Source: Malacoraja senta
Lineage: Eukaryota
Assembly: GCA_038087875.1 (NCBI GenBank)
Contig: CM075990.1
Coordinates: 14,138,001-14,202,000 of the forward strand
Direction of reading: 5' to 3'
DNA length: 64,000 nucleotides
Positions 50,440 to 64,000 of the stretch are shown here, piece after piece (positions within the stretch are counted from its first letter, which is position 1; each line of letters begins with the position of its first letter). The translations under genes were made by a program, and so were the position numbers. The notes beneath the pieces were generated by a model, which saw nothing but the letters and a program-made list of their open reading frames with translations, did not search any database and had not been told where the DNA came from.

Positions 50440-52530
50440 TTACAAAAAAAAGATAAAGTGCTGGAACAACTCAGCAGGTCAGGCAGCATGCCTGGAGAAA
50501 ATGGATAGATGACATTTCAGGGCAGGACTCTTCTTCATAGAAACATAGAAACATAGAAAATAGGTGCAGGAGTAGGCCATTCAGCCCTTCGAGCCTGCAC
50601 CGCCATTTGATATGATCATGGCTGATCATCCAACTCAGTATCCCATCCCTGCCTTCTCTCCATACCCTCTGATCCCTTTAGCCACAAGACTCCAGACTCT
50701 TCTCTAACTCTGAAGAAGGGCCCCAACCCAAAATGTCACCTGCCCATGTTCTCCAGAGATGCTGCTCGACCCACTGAGTTACATCAGCATTTTATGGCTC
50801 AAGTATATGTGACCAGAGATGATCACATCACCCTTTTGGCTAGTCCTAAAGAAATCTCACATGAGAATCAATTATTACCCCTATATTCATTTCTTGTGAT
50901 CATGCGGTATAAAGATGCTCTTTAAATATGCCAACATTCCTCTCCCTTACAGTCCAGGCATGCTGCCTGTCTTCATTAGATGAAGGTTAAGAAATGGTGC
51001 CGATTTTTAAACGTTATGATGAGATGAGTCACCAAAGATGAAAATAGATGCCTAGAAATCCATCCCTGTGTGGTTAAATGTACAGCATCGTAACGACGGC
51101 ACTGCCTCGAATTTCATTCCATTCACTTCAGTGTAATGAATTTCAGACACGCAATGTCAATGCCACCATGATGCCACCATAGATCATCTTAAGCACTCTA
51201 GGCGAGACTGTCTCTAGGTGAGACTGGGATGGTATTCGATTTAAAGAGCATGGAACAGTCTTCAGCTTTTCATTTTTTGAACTGGGCATTGCGTGAACAT
51301 CACCGCCAGAGTTCATAAGAGATAGGAGTAGAATTCGGCCATTCGGCCCCATCAAGTCTACTCCGCCATTCAAGCATGGCTGATCTATCTCTGCCTGCTA
51401 ACCCCATTCTCCTGTCTTCTCCCCATAACATCTGACACCAGTACTAATCAAAAATCTATCTATCTCTGCCTTAAATATATCCAGTGACTTTGCCTCCAAG
51501 TTATTCAGGATCACGGCAGCGGGTAGTCCGCTGACCACCTGGCCAGGAAATGGGCATTGGGAATAGATCGAGGCCTCCCAACCCTAAGGCATTGACCATG
51601 TATTCACCTTGGGCCAAGGCGTGCCAACCAGCTCGGTACCAGTGCAGGGCAATCAGCTCAACATCACCCCATGCTTTAAACAGGGCACGGGAAAGAATTC
51701 TAGAGTACACAGGGTTGGGTTGAATTTGAGTCCGATTTTCACTCATATCCAAGCAGACCTCCTATTGTAAGTGTAGGAAGGAACTGCAGATGTTGGTTTA
51801 AACCAAAGATAGACACAAAAAACTGGAGTAACTCAGCGCATCAAGCAGCATCTCTGGAGAAAATAAGTAGGTGATGTTTCGGGAAGGGTCTCAACCCGAA
51901 ACGTCACTTATTCCTTTTCTCCAGAGATGCTGCCTGACCCGCTGAGTTACTCCAAATTCCTACGGTAAGCCTTTGTTTACAAAGTAAATAAATAAAACAA
52001 GCACCTATATCAAAATTTCCAATTTTCAAATTCAGTTTTTACAATGAAGAGGTAAATCTGGCAGCCTCTATAATAAGGACCCAACCTTTAAAAGGTCTCA
52101 GGTATAGTAAGTAGATCAATTCTTCCTCATATATGAAAGCTCGGCCAGCATTCAATTAGCCCATGACAGATTGGATATTAACACATGTACTTGGTTTATT
52201 CTGAAATTGAAATACTCCTGCATAGAACAAAATGACCTAAACCCACATGGCAATATTTAATAAGTTTGAAGAAGAAAATGTGTCGGGGCACAGGGGTGGG
52301 GGTGGGTTAGGTTTAGATGAATTATTGTCATGTTTATTGAGGTGGAGTGCAAAGCTTTGTTTAGCATGCTATTCAATCAGATCAGATAATACTTTACATA
52401 AATCCAGTGAGGTTAAACTCAAGTAAAATAGACCGAACAAAGGAGTAGAGTGTAGAATATAGTTCTCTACATTGTACCGCATCAGTTTCATAGACAAAGT
52501 CCAATATCCGCAGAGGCGAATCAGACAGTA

Positions 52531-52763
52531 TGTTAAAGAAGGAACTGCAGATGCTGGAAAATCGAAGGTACACAAAAATGCTGGAGAAACTCAGCGGGTG
52601 CAGCAGCATCTATGGAGCGAAGGAAATAGGTAACGTTTCGGGCCGAAACCCTTCTTCAGACTGATAGGGTTTCGGTCTGAAGAATTCAGTCTGAAGAAGG
52701 GTTTTGGCCCGAAACGTTACCTATTTCCTTCGCTCCATAGATGCTGCTGCACCCGCTGAGTTT
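52531..52763. mobile_element. Penelope-derived foldback unit with 14-bp TSD and hammerhead-like cores on both strands
   Basis: CGAATCAGACAGTA at 52517-52530 and 52764-52777; CTGAAGAAGGGTTTTGGCCCGAAACGTTAC at 52691. Confidence 0.78.
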
Positions 52764-53823
52764 CGAATCAGACAGTACCCTGGCTTATGGAAGGATCGTT
52801 CAGAAGCCTGATAACAGAGGGGTAGATGCTGTTTCTGAGTTTAGTGGAGGGGTGGGGAGAATAAGATCTATTGAGGACAGAGAAACAAGTCACAGAATTA
52901 GGAGTACTGTTTCACTATGGCGTAATCACAGGATATGCTGAACAGAAGGATGTGTTTCTGCAATTCACAGCTCGACGTGTGAAGTTACCAAACCTCATGA
53001 CTTTTGGTATGAGCCTATTTTGTTATAGAGTTGAAATTCTGTTAAACAATTTGCAGGGCATCAACTCTTTAAGCGCATGGGAGGGCAACATTTATCCATG
53101 TAACTGGAGAGCATATAGTTTCAAGCAGAATGGGAAAAGATTTAACAGGGATCTAAGGGGCAAGTTTTTCCATTCAGGGTGGTGGATACTTGGAATGAGC
53201 TGCCAGGGGAAGGAGTAGAGGTAGGTGCAAATACAACGTTTAAAGACATTTGGTTGAATAAGCACCCATAAACTTGAAGTAAACCGAGTCTGAATAGACA
53301 CCCTGAGCTAAACTGAACGTGACACAATGTGTTGCGTTTGTATTGGGATTTCTGATGAAACATTTGGGCTTGTTCAAGACATTGAAGAGTGTTGTTATGC
53401 GTACAGTGCACTATGTTGATCTGGTAACCTAGTACGTCATTATTGTCTGGTTACCCAGTATTACTGAGAATTTATTGTATAATTAACTATTTTCTGTTTA
53501 TTTATTGTGTTAATATGCCTGTAAATTGGCAGCAAGTGAGAATTTCATTGTTCCGTTCCCGATAGATAAGACAATTACTCTTGAGTGTTGTGTTCAGTAA
53601 CTTGTGCTGCTAACCGCAGCCCAAGGAAACGCTAACAAATAATTCAGCCTCAAAGCCAGAGTCAATGTTAAGTAAAATCTTTCTGATCAACTCTGCTTCA
53701 AATGTTACTGCTGCTTTCGAGAAAGCTTTCATTTATTGGGAAGGCACTGTGCCTTTGAACGTTTCCACAGGGCTTTGAAGAGGGGTAGGAAGGCAGATTC
53801 CTCAGCACAGGCCCTCACTGCTA

Positions 53824-53985
<162 letters not shown>

Positions 53986-54014
53986 TCAATTATACATCAA
54001 GATCCCTTCATCCA

Positions 54015-54439
54015 CTTATTACAAACATAGGGTGCAACAAAATGTTGATAATAAATGGTTTCAGGACCTGGTGAGCGGTGAGTAAAGATATGAAGTAGGT
54101 ACATCCCTCTTATCTTGTCTTATCTTATCTTACTTTCTTTTTTTTCTTTTTCCTTCTTTTTGTTTAACTTTCTTGTGGTTTAGGTCCCTATGGTTTTCCT
54201 GGACCACTCTTTCACTCACTCACTTACTATCTAAGCGACTTTGAGTCGTTGAAAAGCGCTAGTATATAAATAAAATGTATTATTATTATTATCTCTGCTA
54301 ACTCTTTCTATCCTTTTTCTTATTAAAGTTTAAAATAAGAAGTGGTACAGGAAATGTATAATTTTAAGTTTGTTTGAGATTATTGCACTGTACAATACTT
54401 CTAATAAAAATAAAAAAAATAAAAAATAAAAAATAAAAA
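54015..54439 (+). mobile_element. L1-type 3' end with A-rich tail and 13-bp TSD, containing a nested L2-type tail
   Basis: ATCCCTTCATCCA at 54002-54014 and 54440-54452; TACTTCTAATAAAA end shared with the 29095 element. Confidence 0.65.
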
Positions 54440-55279
54440 ATCCCTTCATCCAAGCACCCAGTATAACCCATTGCGAGGGGGTTTGTGTGCGTACCAGTAA
54501 CTGCAACCTCTGAGTCTGTGGGGTGGACATTGTGTTTGATATGTGTTCCGCCCCCACTTTCCCGAGTAGTATCTAAGCATGGAATTGTGCCGATAACCTT
54601 ACCTCACCTTAATTCTGGCGTGGGCTGGAAACTGGAAGTATCCTGAGCTAATTCTGCTACCACCATCATCTATTGCGACAAGTGATGGCTTCCACTGATT
54701 GTCGCCGGAAGCTTGCGTCCTTTTCAGGACGGACGATGACAGCGAGGTCAACATTTGTAACAAGATGGACACGAAAAGAAGACCTTAATTCTGTCATTGA
54801 AACAGCTTGTTGGTGCTGAATGACAACTGGTATTTTGGCCAGAGTCTGAATGGGCATCTTGGCTGGGTGTGTAAATGGGCGTCTTGGTTGGAGTGCCAAT
54901 GGGCGTATTGGCTGGCTTGCCAATCATGGCCCAGAGGGTTGCATTCTCACCTTGCAATAAGGCGGCTGTGGGTTCAAGACCCACTCCAGAGGCTCGATTG
55001 CACCATCCACAGCTGCTGCTTCATGGACCGAGAGTGCCTTATGGATGAGACATTAAACCAGAGTCCCAGGTGACAAGAGAGACGCTGGAATCTCAAACAA
55101 AAAACAGAACTTTGTGGAGGAACTCAGCGGGACAAGCAGCATCCGTGGAGGAAGAAGTGGATGACGATATTTTATGTCAAGTCCCTGCATCAGGACTGAG
55201 AGGGGAGAGAAAGGAGTGCCAGTGTGTAACAGCATGTAGGGGTTGGGATAGAGGCTGGGAGTGGATCTATGGAACCAGT

Positions 55280-55949
55280 AGAAAGAAGGTACTGCAGATG
55301 CTGGTTTAAAAAAGAGACACAAAGTGCTTGGGTAGCGCAGGAGTTCAGACAGCATTCCTGGGGACCGTGGATAGGTGATGTTTCGGGTCAGCATCCTTCT
55401 GCAGATTGATTATGGGGGGGCGTAAAATGGTCAGCATGGGAATGGGAAAGGGGTTAAAGTGGTTAGAAACCAAGAGATCCCTGGCAGACCGAGAAAAGTG
55501 TTCAGTGGAAAGGTCAGCAAGTCTAGGCTTGGTCTCGCTGATGTTCCACATAAGGAACAGTAGATGAGGCTAGAGTAGGTGCATGTGAACCTGTGTCTCA
55601 CCTGGAAGTACTGCTGGAATCCCTGGATGGAGGCGAGGGGAGGAGGTATAAGGACAGCAGATACATCTCCTGCAGTTGCAGGGGAAAGTACCTGGGAGCT
55701 TGCGTTGGGTGGTGGGACCATGTTGGAGGTGAGGGAAATGTCAGAGAATGATCTGTTGGATGCGGAAGCTGATGGTGAGACCAGGGGAACTCTGTCCTTG
55801 TTCCGATTGGGGGGGGAGGGGGAGCTAGAGCATAACTCCGGGACACAGAGAAGATGCGGGTGAGGGATCCATCTAAGACAGCAGAAGGGACTCCACGTTG
55901 ACTAAAGAAAGAGGACCTCGAATGTCCTAGAATGGAAAACCTCATCTTG
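55280..55949 (-). mobile_element. Penelope-like element 3' part (GIY-YIG endonuclease remnant plus terminal repeat), running into an N gap
   Basis: FTCTYSSLIYC, ETKPRLAD...EH, VSNHFN across frames; terminal CCAGCATCTGCAG repeat. Confidence 0.8.
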
Positions 55950-56149
55950 NNNNNNNNNNNNNNNNNNNNNNNNNNNNNNNNNNNNNNNNNNNNNNNNNNN
56001 NNNNNNNNNNNNNNNNNNNNNNNNNNNNNNNNNNNNNNNNNNNNNNNNNNNNNNNNNNNNNNNNNNNNNNNNNNNNNNNNNNNNNNNNNNNNNNNNNNNN
56101 NNNNNNNNNNNNNNNNNNNNNNNNNNNNNNNNNNNNNNNNNNNNNNNNN
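55950..56149. other. Assembly gap (200 N)
   Basis: N run. Confidence 1.
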
Positions 56150-57058
56150 GATTTTACATTATATCAACGATTATATGGAAATATCAAAATATTATCATTT
56201 CAATGTAAAATACTCTGTAATCTCCCAATATGGAGTAATGCAGTCATAATGGCAGAGCAAGTCATCAGCTAGTTCACGGTAGCTCTTTGTAGAATTTCTA
56301 GTCCACCCCTGGAGCCCAGTAAGTTTATTTCCCTCAAGTGCTGATCTGGTTTCGCTTCAAAATCACCAATCCCCAAAATCACCAATCCCCACCAAGCAGT
56401 GTTTCAGCTCATCACCAATCGCTCCAGAAAAAAGTGCCTTCCTCATATTCCCTTCCAGAAACTTTTTCAGAAGGTTAACCATGTGTTTGTTCCTTAGTCC
56501 TACACCATCAGTTAAAGAGAACAGCTTATTTTTTATCTATCTGTCATAATATGTCAAATCTCATATCAATTTTCTTGGCTTCAGGGAGAACAACTCCAAC
56601 TTATCCAAACCTAAAATGGCTAAAATCTCTCATCTGGAACCATGCTGGTAAATCTCCTCTGTACTCACTTAAACAGCTTGACCTCCTTCCTGGTGTATTG
56701 TGCCCAGCACTGGATACTTTACAGCGACACAACATTGTTGGTGATTGAGGGATAAACAGCAGCCAACACAGCAGAGTAACAGAATAACAGACAACGTACA
56801 GAACAGAAAGAGGCCATTCACAAAAATAATAGAGAATAGAACCGGGAGGAGGCCACTCGGCCCCCCAAGCCTGCCCTACCATGCAATGTGATCATGGCTG
56901 ATCTACCCCAGACCTCATCTCCTCTTGTATTTGATTCCCATAGCCCTTAATCCCCTGATCTTTCAAAAACATATCTATCTCCACTGTAGATTGGCTCTTT
57001 CCTACTAGCCAATTGTAGTGCTTGTTAGTAGTGACTCTGCCTATTATGCGCTTCATAT

Positions 57059-57448
57059 CAAAGATCGTATAGCGAGCAAGATAGACCACTCGACGAAAAA
57101 GACGTAGTACGGTCATGGGCAGATTCATGGGAAATTTTCGGCCCCATTTCCGTAACCGGCTTCCGTCTCCGCACCAAAGATCCCATAGGATACTAGTGCG
57201 GAGACGGAAGCCGGTTACGGAAACATCCTCGTAAAAATAAAAGTTCTTTGGTAAAAATCTTCTCCTCATTTTCAGAATGACAATTTATTAACACAAACTG
57301 TTCCCCCGCAACGTTGATTACACTGCGAGTCGGGTCGGGTTACTGAAATGGATGAAAAAAAGGCCCACGTTCCGCTCCGTTGCGTACTACACGTCAGCCC
57401 ATTGCATTTAGAAGGATTGGTCTATCTTGCTCCGCTATAAGATCTTTG
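57059..57448. mobile_element. Non-autonomous TIR DNA transposon with 8-bp TSD (P- or hAT-type)
   Basis: ~30-bp TIR CAAAGATC(G/T)TATAGCG(G)AGCAAGATAGACCA; TSD CTTCATAT/CTTTATAT; internal 28-bp perfect hairpin. Confidence 0.8.
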
Positions 57449-57979
57449 CTTTATATTATCAAGAGCTTGCCTACACTAGTTAGCACGAGTAGCAGCTAGG
57501 AAATGTAATGTCCTGCAGATCCATGCTGTAAGTAGATTTAATAAACATGTGTTGTATCTTGATATGTGTTCGACTCAGCTCATTACATCCACCATAAAAA
57601 CTTACAATGATCCAACCACCGCAATTCCTTGTGTAGAGAATCCAGAGTTTCACTGAAAACAAATTTTGATGCAAATCCATTTTAAATTATATCTCCATAA
57701 GATTGTGTAATTGGTTAAAACATCTCAATATTGACTATGTCATACTCCCCCTAAAATTTATATGTCTCAATAGGTTCACCTCTCATTCTTCCAAACATGT
57801 GTACAGAGCCAAATGTCACCCAAAGTTGTTTTATATCTGCAGCAGCTCTGAAGCAGGTTCCAATCCCCCATCATATCCTACAAGTACTTTTCTTTCAAGT
57901 ACTATCCCACCCCATTATGACGTTATAATTGAATCTACATTCACGCATCTCCCTGGCAGGCCAAACTCATGCCATGTAA

Positions 57980-58400
57980 TAAAGGTACAGCATATAGATG
58001 CAATCACATAGAAAGCTCACCAACGCCTCTACTTCTTCAGAAGTTTTAGGAGATCTGACAAGTTGCTGAATATTCCATCAAACATGTACACATGTACAGT
58101 AGGGAATCTGCTGACTGGATGCATCACAGCCTGGTTTGGAAATTCAAATGCTCAAGAATGAAGGCTGTAGAAAGTGATGGACATTGCCCGTTCATTCACA
58201 GGTACTACTGACCTCCTCCTCATCATGGAAGGAGCCACTGAGAACACTGCCTCAAGAAGGCAGCTAATATCATCAAAAAACCCACACACCATGCTGGCCA
58301 TTCTCTCTTCTCGCTGACACCACTGGGTGGGAGTTATCAGAGCCTGGGGAAACCATCAACTACAGTTTCCAGACCAGCTTCTTCCTCTCAACCTTCAACT
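57980..58400 (+). mobile_element. Decayed Rex1/Babar-type LINE fragment
   Basis: KAHQRLYFF and LLTGCITAWFGN peptides. Confidence 0.65.
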
Positions 58401-61129
58401 CTAACTACAACCCTAACTCAGCTCCGAACCGCTACAGACTTTGCATTATATACGTTGCTGTTTGCGTTACTGTGCTGCTTTACTTAGAATAACTGTGAGT
58501 TGTTAAATGAGCCTGAAAAGCTGCAGCAAGTAAGATTTTCATTGTTCCATCTCATACCTGGCTCATTGGCAAATAAACACTTCCTTGAATACATTTCAAT
58601 TTCGGTTCTTTTGCCAATCATCTTCATCTTGATACCCAGCTCCTCATCAGTTGATATCCGTCTATCAGATCCTCTCTCAACTCCTTCTATTCCAAGGACA
58701 ACAACCCAGCTTCTCCAGTCTACCCACAAAACTACAGCTCTCATTGGCTCATCACTCCGGTGAATCGATCCTGCACCCTGTCGGAGTCCTTCACGTTGTG
58801 GACCCCAGGATAGGCAGTCTTCTCCTTGTGGCCAAGCCAGTGGCTTCTTACTTGCCTGCTCTTCTTTGAAGTCTTGCCTCGGGGTCATTTATGAGAAGGC
58901 CACAGTTCAATGTCTCTTCTGACAAAAGGTATCTTCATTGGTGCGGCCCTCCCTCCATCAGCAGGCAGCTGGCCTAGACTTGGCGCTCTGGAGTGGGATT
59001 TGAATCCACAACCTTGTGGCTCAGAGATAGTACTGAGTCAAGGTTGAGTGGCCTCGTTTTTGGTGGAGTGAAGGAAAGGAGGTGGGGCGAGGTTGGAGAA
59101 AGCCTCAGCAGGTTAATTGGAGGGTTAACATGCTGGGTCATTTGTGACCAGGTTTCCTCAGGCAATGGACTCCATTTCTGTCCATCATCCTCAGAACAAG
59201 GTCAAAGCCAGCAGCTCCACCCGCCCCCTCCACAGCCTGGAATCCACATTGCAGGCCATCACCCCACTCCCTTCAACCTGCCGGGTAGCAAGCAGCATGA
59301 GGTTGAGTCTCTCTCGCCTTCAGGTCTGATGCACCACCCTACGCCAGCCAGCAGCCTGTGCATTTCTCACCTGGGATGGCGCCTGTTTCCTCCTCTTCCC
59401 TCTCTCGCAATGGACCAGCAGCATCTAGAAAGAAGATAAAAGGCTGTGGGTGAATGTAATCGCGGACTGCACTGGGCTGATCCCCCAGCAGAAAGTGTCA
59501 GCTGTAAAACTAGGTCCTTCAGCCTAAGGCTGTCAATGCATCAATAATGATGTGCTACTTACAATGGACAAATTTCACTGGAAAATATTGCATGCAATGT
59601 TGTTTAAACAATAAAGCATGCATTTGTTGGATGACCAAATAACTCAGTCCCTTACCAAACCCTCGCTCCTTCTCCTCCTGAGTGGCAGCGGATTGTCATT
59701 GTTGGTTCCACCTCAGCTCTATCTTCTACTCCCTCCGAGCTGACCAATGCCAAGGTCTTCTCCACTGTTTGACCACTTCTCTTGTGTGTCCTTCTTTGTC
59801 CCCAAGTATCTGCCTGGTTTGGCCTTCCACAGCCACTGGACATAGCACTGCTGAACTGGTGGAAGCATTCCTTGCTCCTGTTATGGGGTGAAGGAGACGG
59901 GAGTCTTGGGAGCGAATGATGCCATCTGGACTCACGGAGGTTTCAGTATTCACTTCACGCAGCCCCCACCAACGGTTCAGACAGAGTAAACTCTTCAAAC
60001 TTCGGAGAAATCGTCTGCAAATACTGATGCAAACCAATGATCCACTGCAAATGCAACAGTACCTACACTTCAAAAGGACTTCATCGGCAGAAGACTAAAT
60101 TGGGACATCCTAAAGTCAGAAGAAATGGTGTGTACGTGCAAGACCCAATTATTATTAGAACAGCCTTTGAATGTCCCCATTTATTGACTTTCTCCCACAA
60201 TCCTCCATAAATAGACATATTTAGAAATAAATATTGACATTATCCTATGATCCTCTGCAAATATTCACATGCTCCCTTGGCGTTCACCAAATATTCTCTT
60301 GCTCTCATGATCGTCCAGTTATTGACATGCTCCTAACAAACACCTATCCAAATACAGAATGCTCTCATGGATTAAGGGTCAATATTGGCACATTCTAGAC
60401 TCTCCTCCTTCTACCTTCTGGTAGTAAATGTCAAGCCATCCACCATCGTAAACCAGTAGCAAAAATGATTGTTAAATACCCAAATAAATAACAGAACCAC
60501 AGACCGTGGGCATGGCAGCGCATGAGTGGTCCGAACCAAATAGAAAAGAATGATGAGGGACAATGCACCAGATGTGGTAAATAAGGATTTGACAAAATGT
60601 GCCACGTCATTGGCATTGGAATTGGGGTGAGAGATTGCAACCTTCACGTGGTCCGCCCTGTTTCGACGAATGCAATCAACCTGGCGTGCACAATCAAATA
60701 AGATCAAATAGAACAAGTTGTCCTACAACTTTAGGCTGTGCACGCCATACACAAGAAGAACAAGAAGAAGTCATTGGAATTGACGACCATGGATTAAAAA
60801 GGATGGTAGATGGTAGCGTGGATAGAGAATTGACAGAATGGCAGGGAGCAAAGCATAACGGTGGAAGAGGCAAGTGTTAGAAATGATCAGCAGATCAGAC
60901 AGCATCCGTGAGTTAATGTATCAGGTCAATAACCCTTCAGCAGAACTGGAGCAGTGAGAGCGGAGGTGGGTTTCAGGTTGGGGGCAGGGTGATGGATAGA
61001 GAGAAAACGAGGAGTATCTGTGATAGAATGAAGACCAGGGCTGAGCAGATGGCCCAATGCGTTAGGTGCTACCTAGACAATAGACGGACAGCTAGTTAGA
61101 CAAACAGAACATGATGAAACTGTAATTGC

Positions 61130-61640
61130 CGAATACAGCAGATGCTGGAAATCTGAAACAAGAGGTAATGCGAGAAATTCCCTACAGATGAAGCAGCATC
61201 CGTAGAGACAGGACAACTGAAGCATTGTTACAAGTAGATGATCCTATATCACCAGTGGCCAATTGTAACGCAAACAGGAAAGGCTGGTTATCTGAATTTT
61301 TTGTGTCCATTATTGAGTTCAAAGGGCTGCCTTGATAGAAGATGAAGCGCTGGTCCACCAGCTTATTTTGAACTTTGTTGGAATACCACAGGAGAGTGGG
61401 AAAGGGATAAAGAATTAATGTGATAAGTAACAGGAAGCACAGAGTCACCCTAGTGGATTGAATGGAGGTCTTCTGCAAAATGGTGACACAATCTGCATTT
61501 GGTTTCTCCAACATCTGGGAGACCACATCCTGAACACCAGCTGTTTGTTTGGAAGAAGTACAAGTGAATTGCTGCTTCACACGGAAGGACTGTTAGTGGC
61601 AATAGAAGGGAACGGTCTCTTTGGAAAGCTGAAAGTGACA
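61130..61640 (-). mobile_element. Older Penelope-like GIY-YIG remnant
   Basis: QQFTCTSS and CSGCGLPDVGETKCRLCHHFAE peptides. Confidence 0.65.
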
Positions 61641-62047
61641 AAGCTCCACATGAAAATAAAGGCCTTTAATCTGACAGACATGTCTGAGACACCATCACTG
61701 ATATTGTTACTGTTCCACAAACTACCGTGGCACTACCCCAATGAATTCACCTCTTCAGCCTCCTATCCCAAAACATCAGTCAGTCCTTCAATAGATAGAA
61801 AACAGAGGCAAGAATACACATTTCCATATTCTGCAAGGTCAACATCACCTTCCTACTCCAATGCAAGTCTTTTGATTTCTTAAATATTATTTTTATGTTA
61901 AATGGCTGTTAATATAGAATTTGATAGCAAAGTCCATTTAGCCCACTGGGTCCATGCTTGCTAGTTCTTTGAATGAGCTCTCCAATTATGCCCCAACTTC
62001 TTATCTTTCGATAAACACTACATCAGTAACACAGAACGACTGCCTAA

Positions 62048-62254
62048 AGGGCCTGTCCCACTTGGGCGTCATTTGCGCGACATCATTTATGCATCGTGAC
62101 GCCCACATGATGCGTGCATGGCGTGCATTACGCGCGCATGGTGACGTAGGCAGTGATGCGCAGTCGCGCGCGGCGCCCCAGGATTTTGGGATTCACAAAA
62201 TATTTGCGCGCCACCTGCGTGACGCGCAAATGACGCCCAAGTGGGACAGGCCCT
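62048..62254. mobile_element. PIF/Harbinger MITE
   Basis: TIR AGGGCCTGTCCCACTTGGGCGTCATTTGCG; TAA TSD; reverse-complement relative of 15250-15468. Confidence 0.87.
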
Positions 62255-62309
62255 TAAGGTTCAATGTTACCACCGACAGACTTAAAGACCATTAGTCTAT
62301 AATGAACTG

Positions 62310-62665
62310 TCAGCTGTGACTCAGTGGGTAATGGATGCAAGTCCCACCCCAGGCACTTGAGCCCAAGATTCGCACTGACACACCAATGCAACACTGAGAG
62401 ATGATGTACTGCTGGAGTACTTCAGATGGACGTAAAACTAGGATCAACTGCTCTCTCTAAAATGATCAGAAACTTCTCTCTCATGTCCCAGTTAATTTTT
62501 ACTGCCCACTTAAAATAGTCATCATCTGCTATTTCTGGGAGCTTGCTAAGATAACCAGTTGCCACGTTCTTACATTGCAACGGTGACTACTCCTCAAAAG
62601 TATTCAGCAGCTCTAATGCTGGTTGGGAAGTCCTAAGTTCACAGAAGTGGCTGTAAAATATGAGC
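62310..62665 (+). mobile_element. Old DeuSINE/SacSINE1-like SINE; related remnants at about 50190-50290 and 58900-59040
   Basis: tRNA-like head and GGGAGCTTGCT...TACATTGCAACGGTGACTAC...CAAAAGTA segment. Confidence 0.5.
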
Positions 62666-63075
62666 TTTTTTCTGCTCTATTTGAAAGCACTGCAGATGCT
62701 GGAAATCAGAAGCACTCAGCTAGTCAGGCAGCATCTGTAGAAAGAGAAACTTAATGAATGTTTCAGGCTAGAGATCTTTCAGGTCACCAACTGGAAATGT
62801 TTCTTTATCTATTTAAAGCTGGTTTATTCTAGCCTGTGTCCATGCTGTATAGTGTGTGTCCATGCTGTATAGTTTTCTGATGGTTTCCATTAGTCTGAAG
62901 CATTGTCCATCCAGATCTGAAGCATTGTCTATCCATTCTCCACATAGATGCTGTCACAACAAAATCCCGAGAATTATTGGCCAAAAAGTTGAAAGCTGAT
63001 AAGGTGCTAATGTGAAGTAAGGGCATGGGTTTATGAAAGTGTTATGCTGATGATTGTTCAGCATTAAATCCATTA

Positions 63076-63268
63076 CGGGCCTGTCCCACTTAGGCGACTG
63101 CCACAAATTTTCCAACATGTTGAACATTTTTCGCCAACAGTGGCGACAATTTTTGCTGTCGTACGTTGTCGTAGGTTGTTGTAGGTTGTCGCCAGGTGTC
63201 GTAGGTGAATTTCATTAAAACTAGTCCCTGGCAGTTGCCTAAAGAGTTGCCTAAGTGGGACAGGCCCT
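63076..63268. mobile_element. PIF/Harbinger MITE (second subfamily)
   Basis: TIR GGGCCTGTCCCACTTAGGC; TTA TSD. Confidence 0.85.
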
Positions 63269-64000
63269 TTAGGAATTTTTGTGAATAAAGTATATTCTGA
63301 AATAATCAAAGCCATTTTATGATGGAATTTCATTGATTGTCTGGTATGGCCGTCACCAAAATTCCAGTTGCAAATGGAGGCTAATCATGGAATTGAAATA
63401 AGTATGGGCTGTAGCTCCAAACCTTTCCAAAGTTGTGGTCGTAGATGGAGAACATGACAGAGACACAAAAACTACAAAATCTGGAATCTCGAGCAACATA
63501 CAAGGTGTTAGAGACACTTGGCAGGTCAGGCAGCATCTGTGGAGGGAATATACAGGCAACATATCAGGTCAGGACCCTCTCTCAGATGAACGGGAACCAT
63601 ACGAGAATCATACGTCATGGAAACAGAACCTTCAGCACACGGTGTCCCACCATAGTGGCCAACTAACCAATCAATCTGCACATTTTTGGGGGTACGTGGG
63701 AGGAAATAGGAGCCTCCAGGGTAAATCCACCCGATCACAAGAGGAACATGCAAATGCCACACAGACAGACACCATAGGTCAGATGCAGACCAAGGTCTCT
63801 AAAACCCTAACCACTATGCCAACCCTAAGATGAGATCAGGTGAAAACTTGATGGGAATTGCCCTGCCTGCCCCCTTACTTCCACAGCAGGGGCATTGAGT
63901 TGGTGTTGCCATTATGTGGTGCATTGAACCTGATCTAGAACAATGCTGGAGCAGAGCATTAATAACAGCAGATGCCAGATTGGTCAAAGAGCCTTGTTTC

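Noticed and set aside
59652..60098. Possible additional PSD exon near the minus-strand GTAAGG donor at ~59655
   Set aside because: No frame resembles EFA6 sequence and no supported acceptor or start was found

Overview
This is vertebrate genomic DNA, most likely from a cartilaginous fish such as a skate or ray (inferred from the V-SINE/HE1-like, CR1 and Penelope repeat content). The whole window lies inside one minus-strand gene encoding a PSD/EFA6-family ARF6 exchange factor (Sec7-PH-coiled coil), most similar to PSD/EFA6A. Seven canonical GT-AG exons with consistent phases are visible. There is also an intronic phase-0 alternative first exon (34518-34685) that would give a Sec7-less short isoform. 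One expected exon is missing, probably in an N gap, and one exon has a 1-bp frameshift. The introns are dense in mobile DNA: a nearly intact 4.7-kb DIRS retrotransposon (gag, RT-RNaseH-methyltransferase, tyrosine recombinase, ITR/ICR), two full-length Tc1 elements, seven PIF/Harbinger MITEs, and non-autonomous TIR elements with 7- and 8-bp TSDs. Also present are CR1, L1, L2, Rex1 and Vingi-like LINE fragments, V-SINEs, and many Penelope-derived foldback units centred on minimal hammerhead-ribozyme-like motifs. Other structures include a retroposon carrying a 180-bp copy of DNA from 7.3 kb away, a modular retroposon family with swappable tails, and a decayed ~40-bp tandem array. No prokaryotic system is present.
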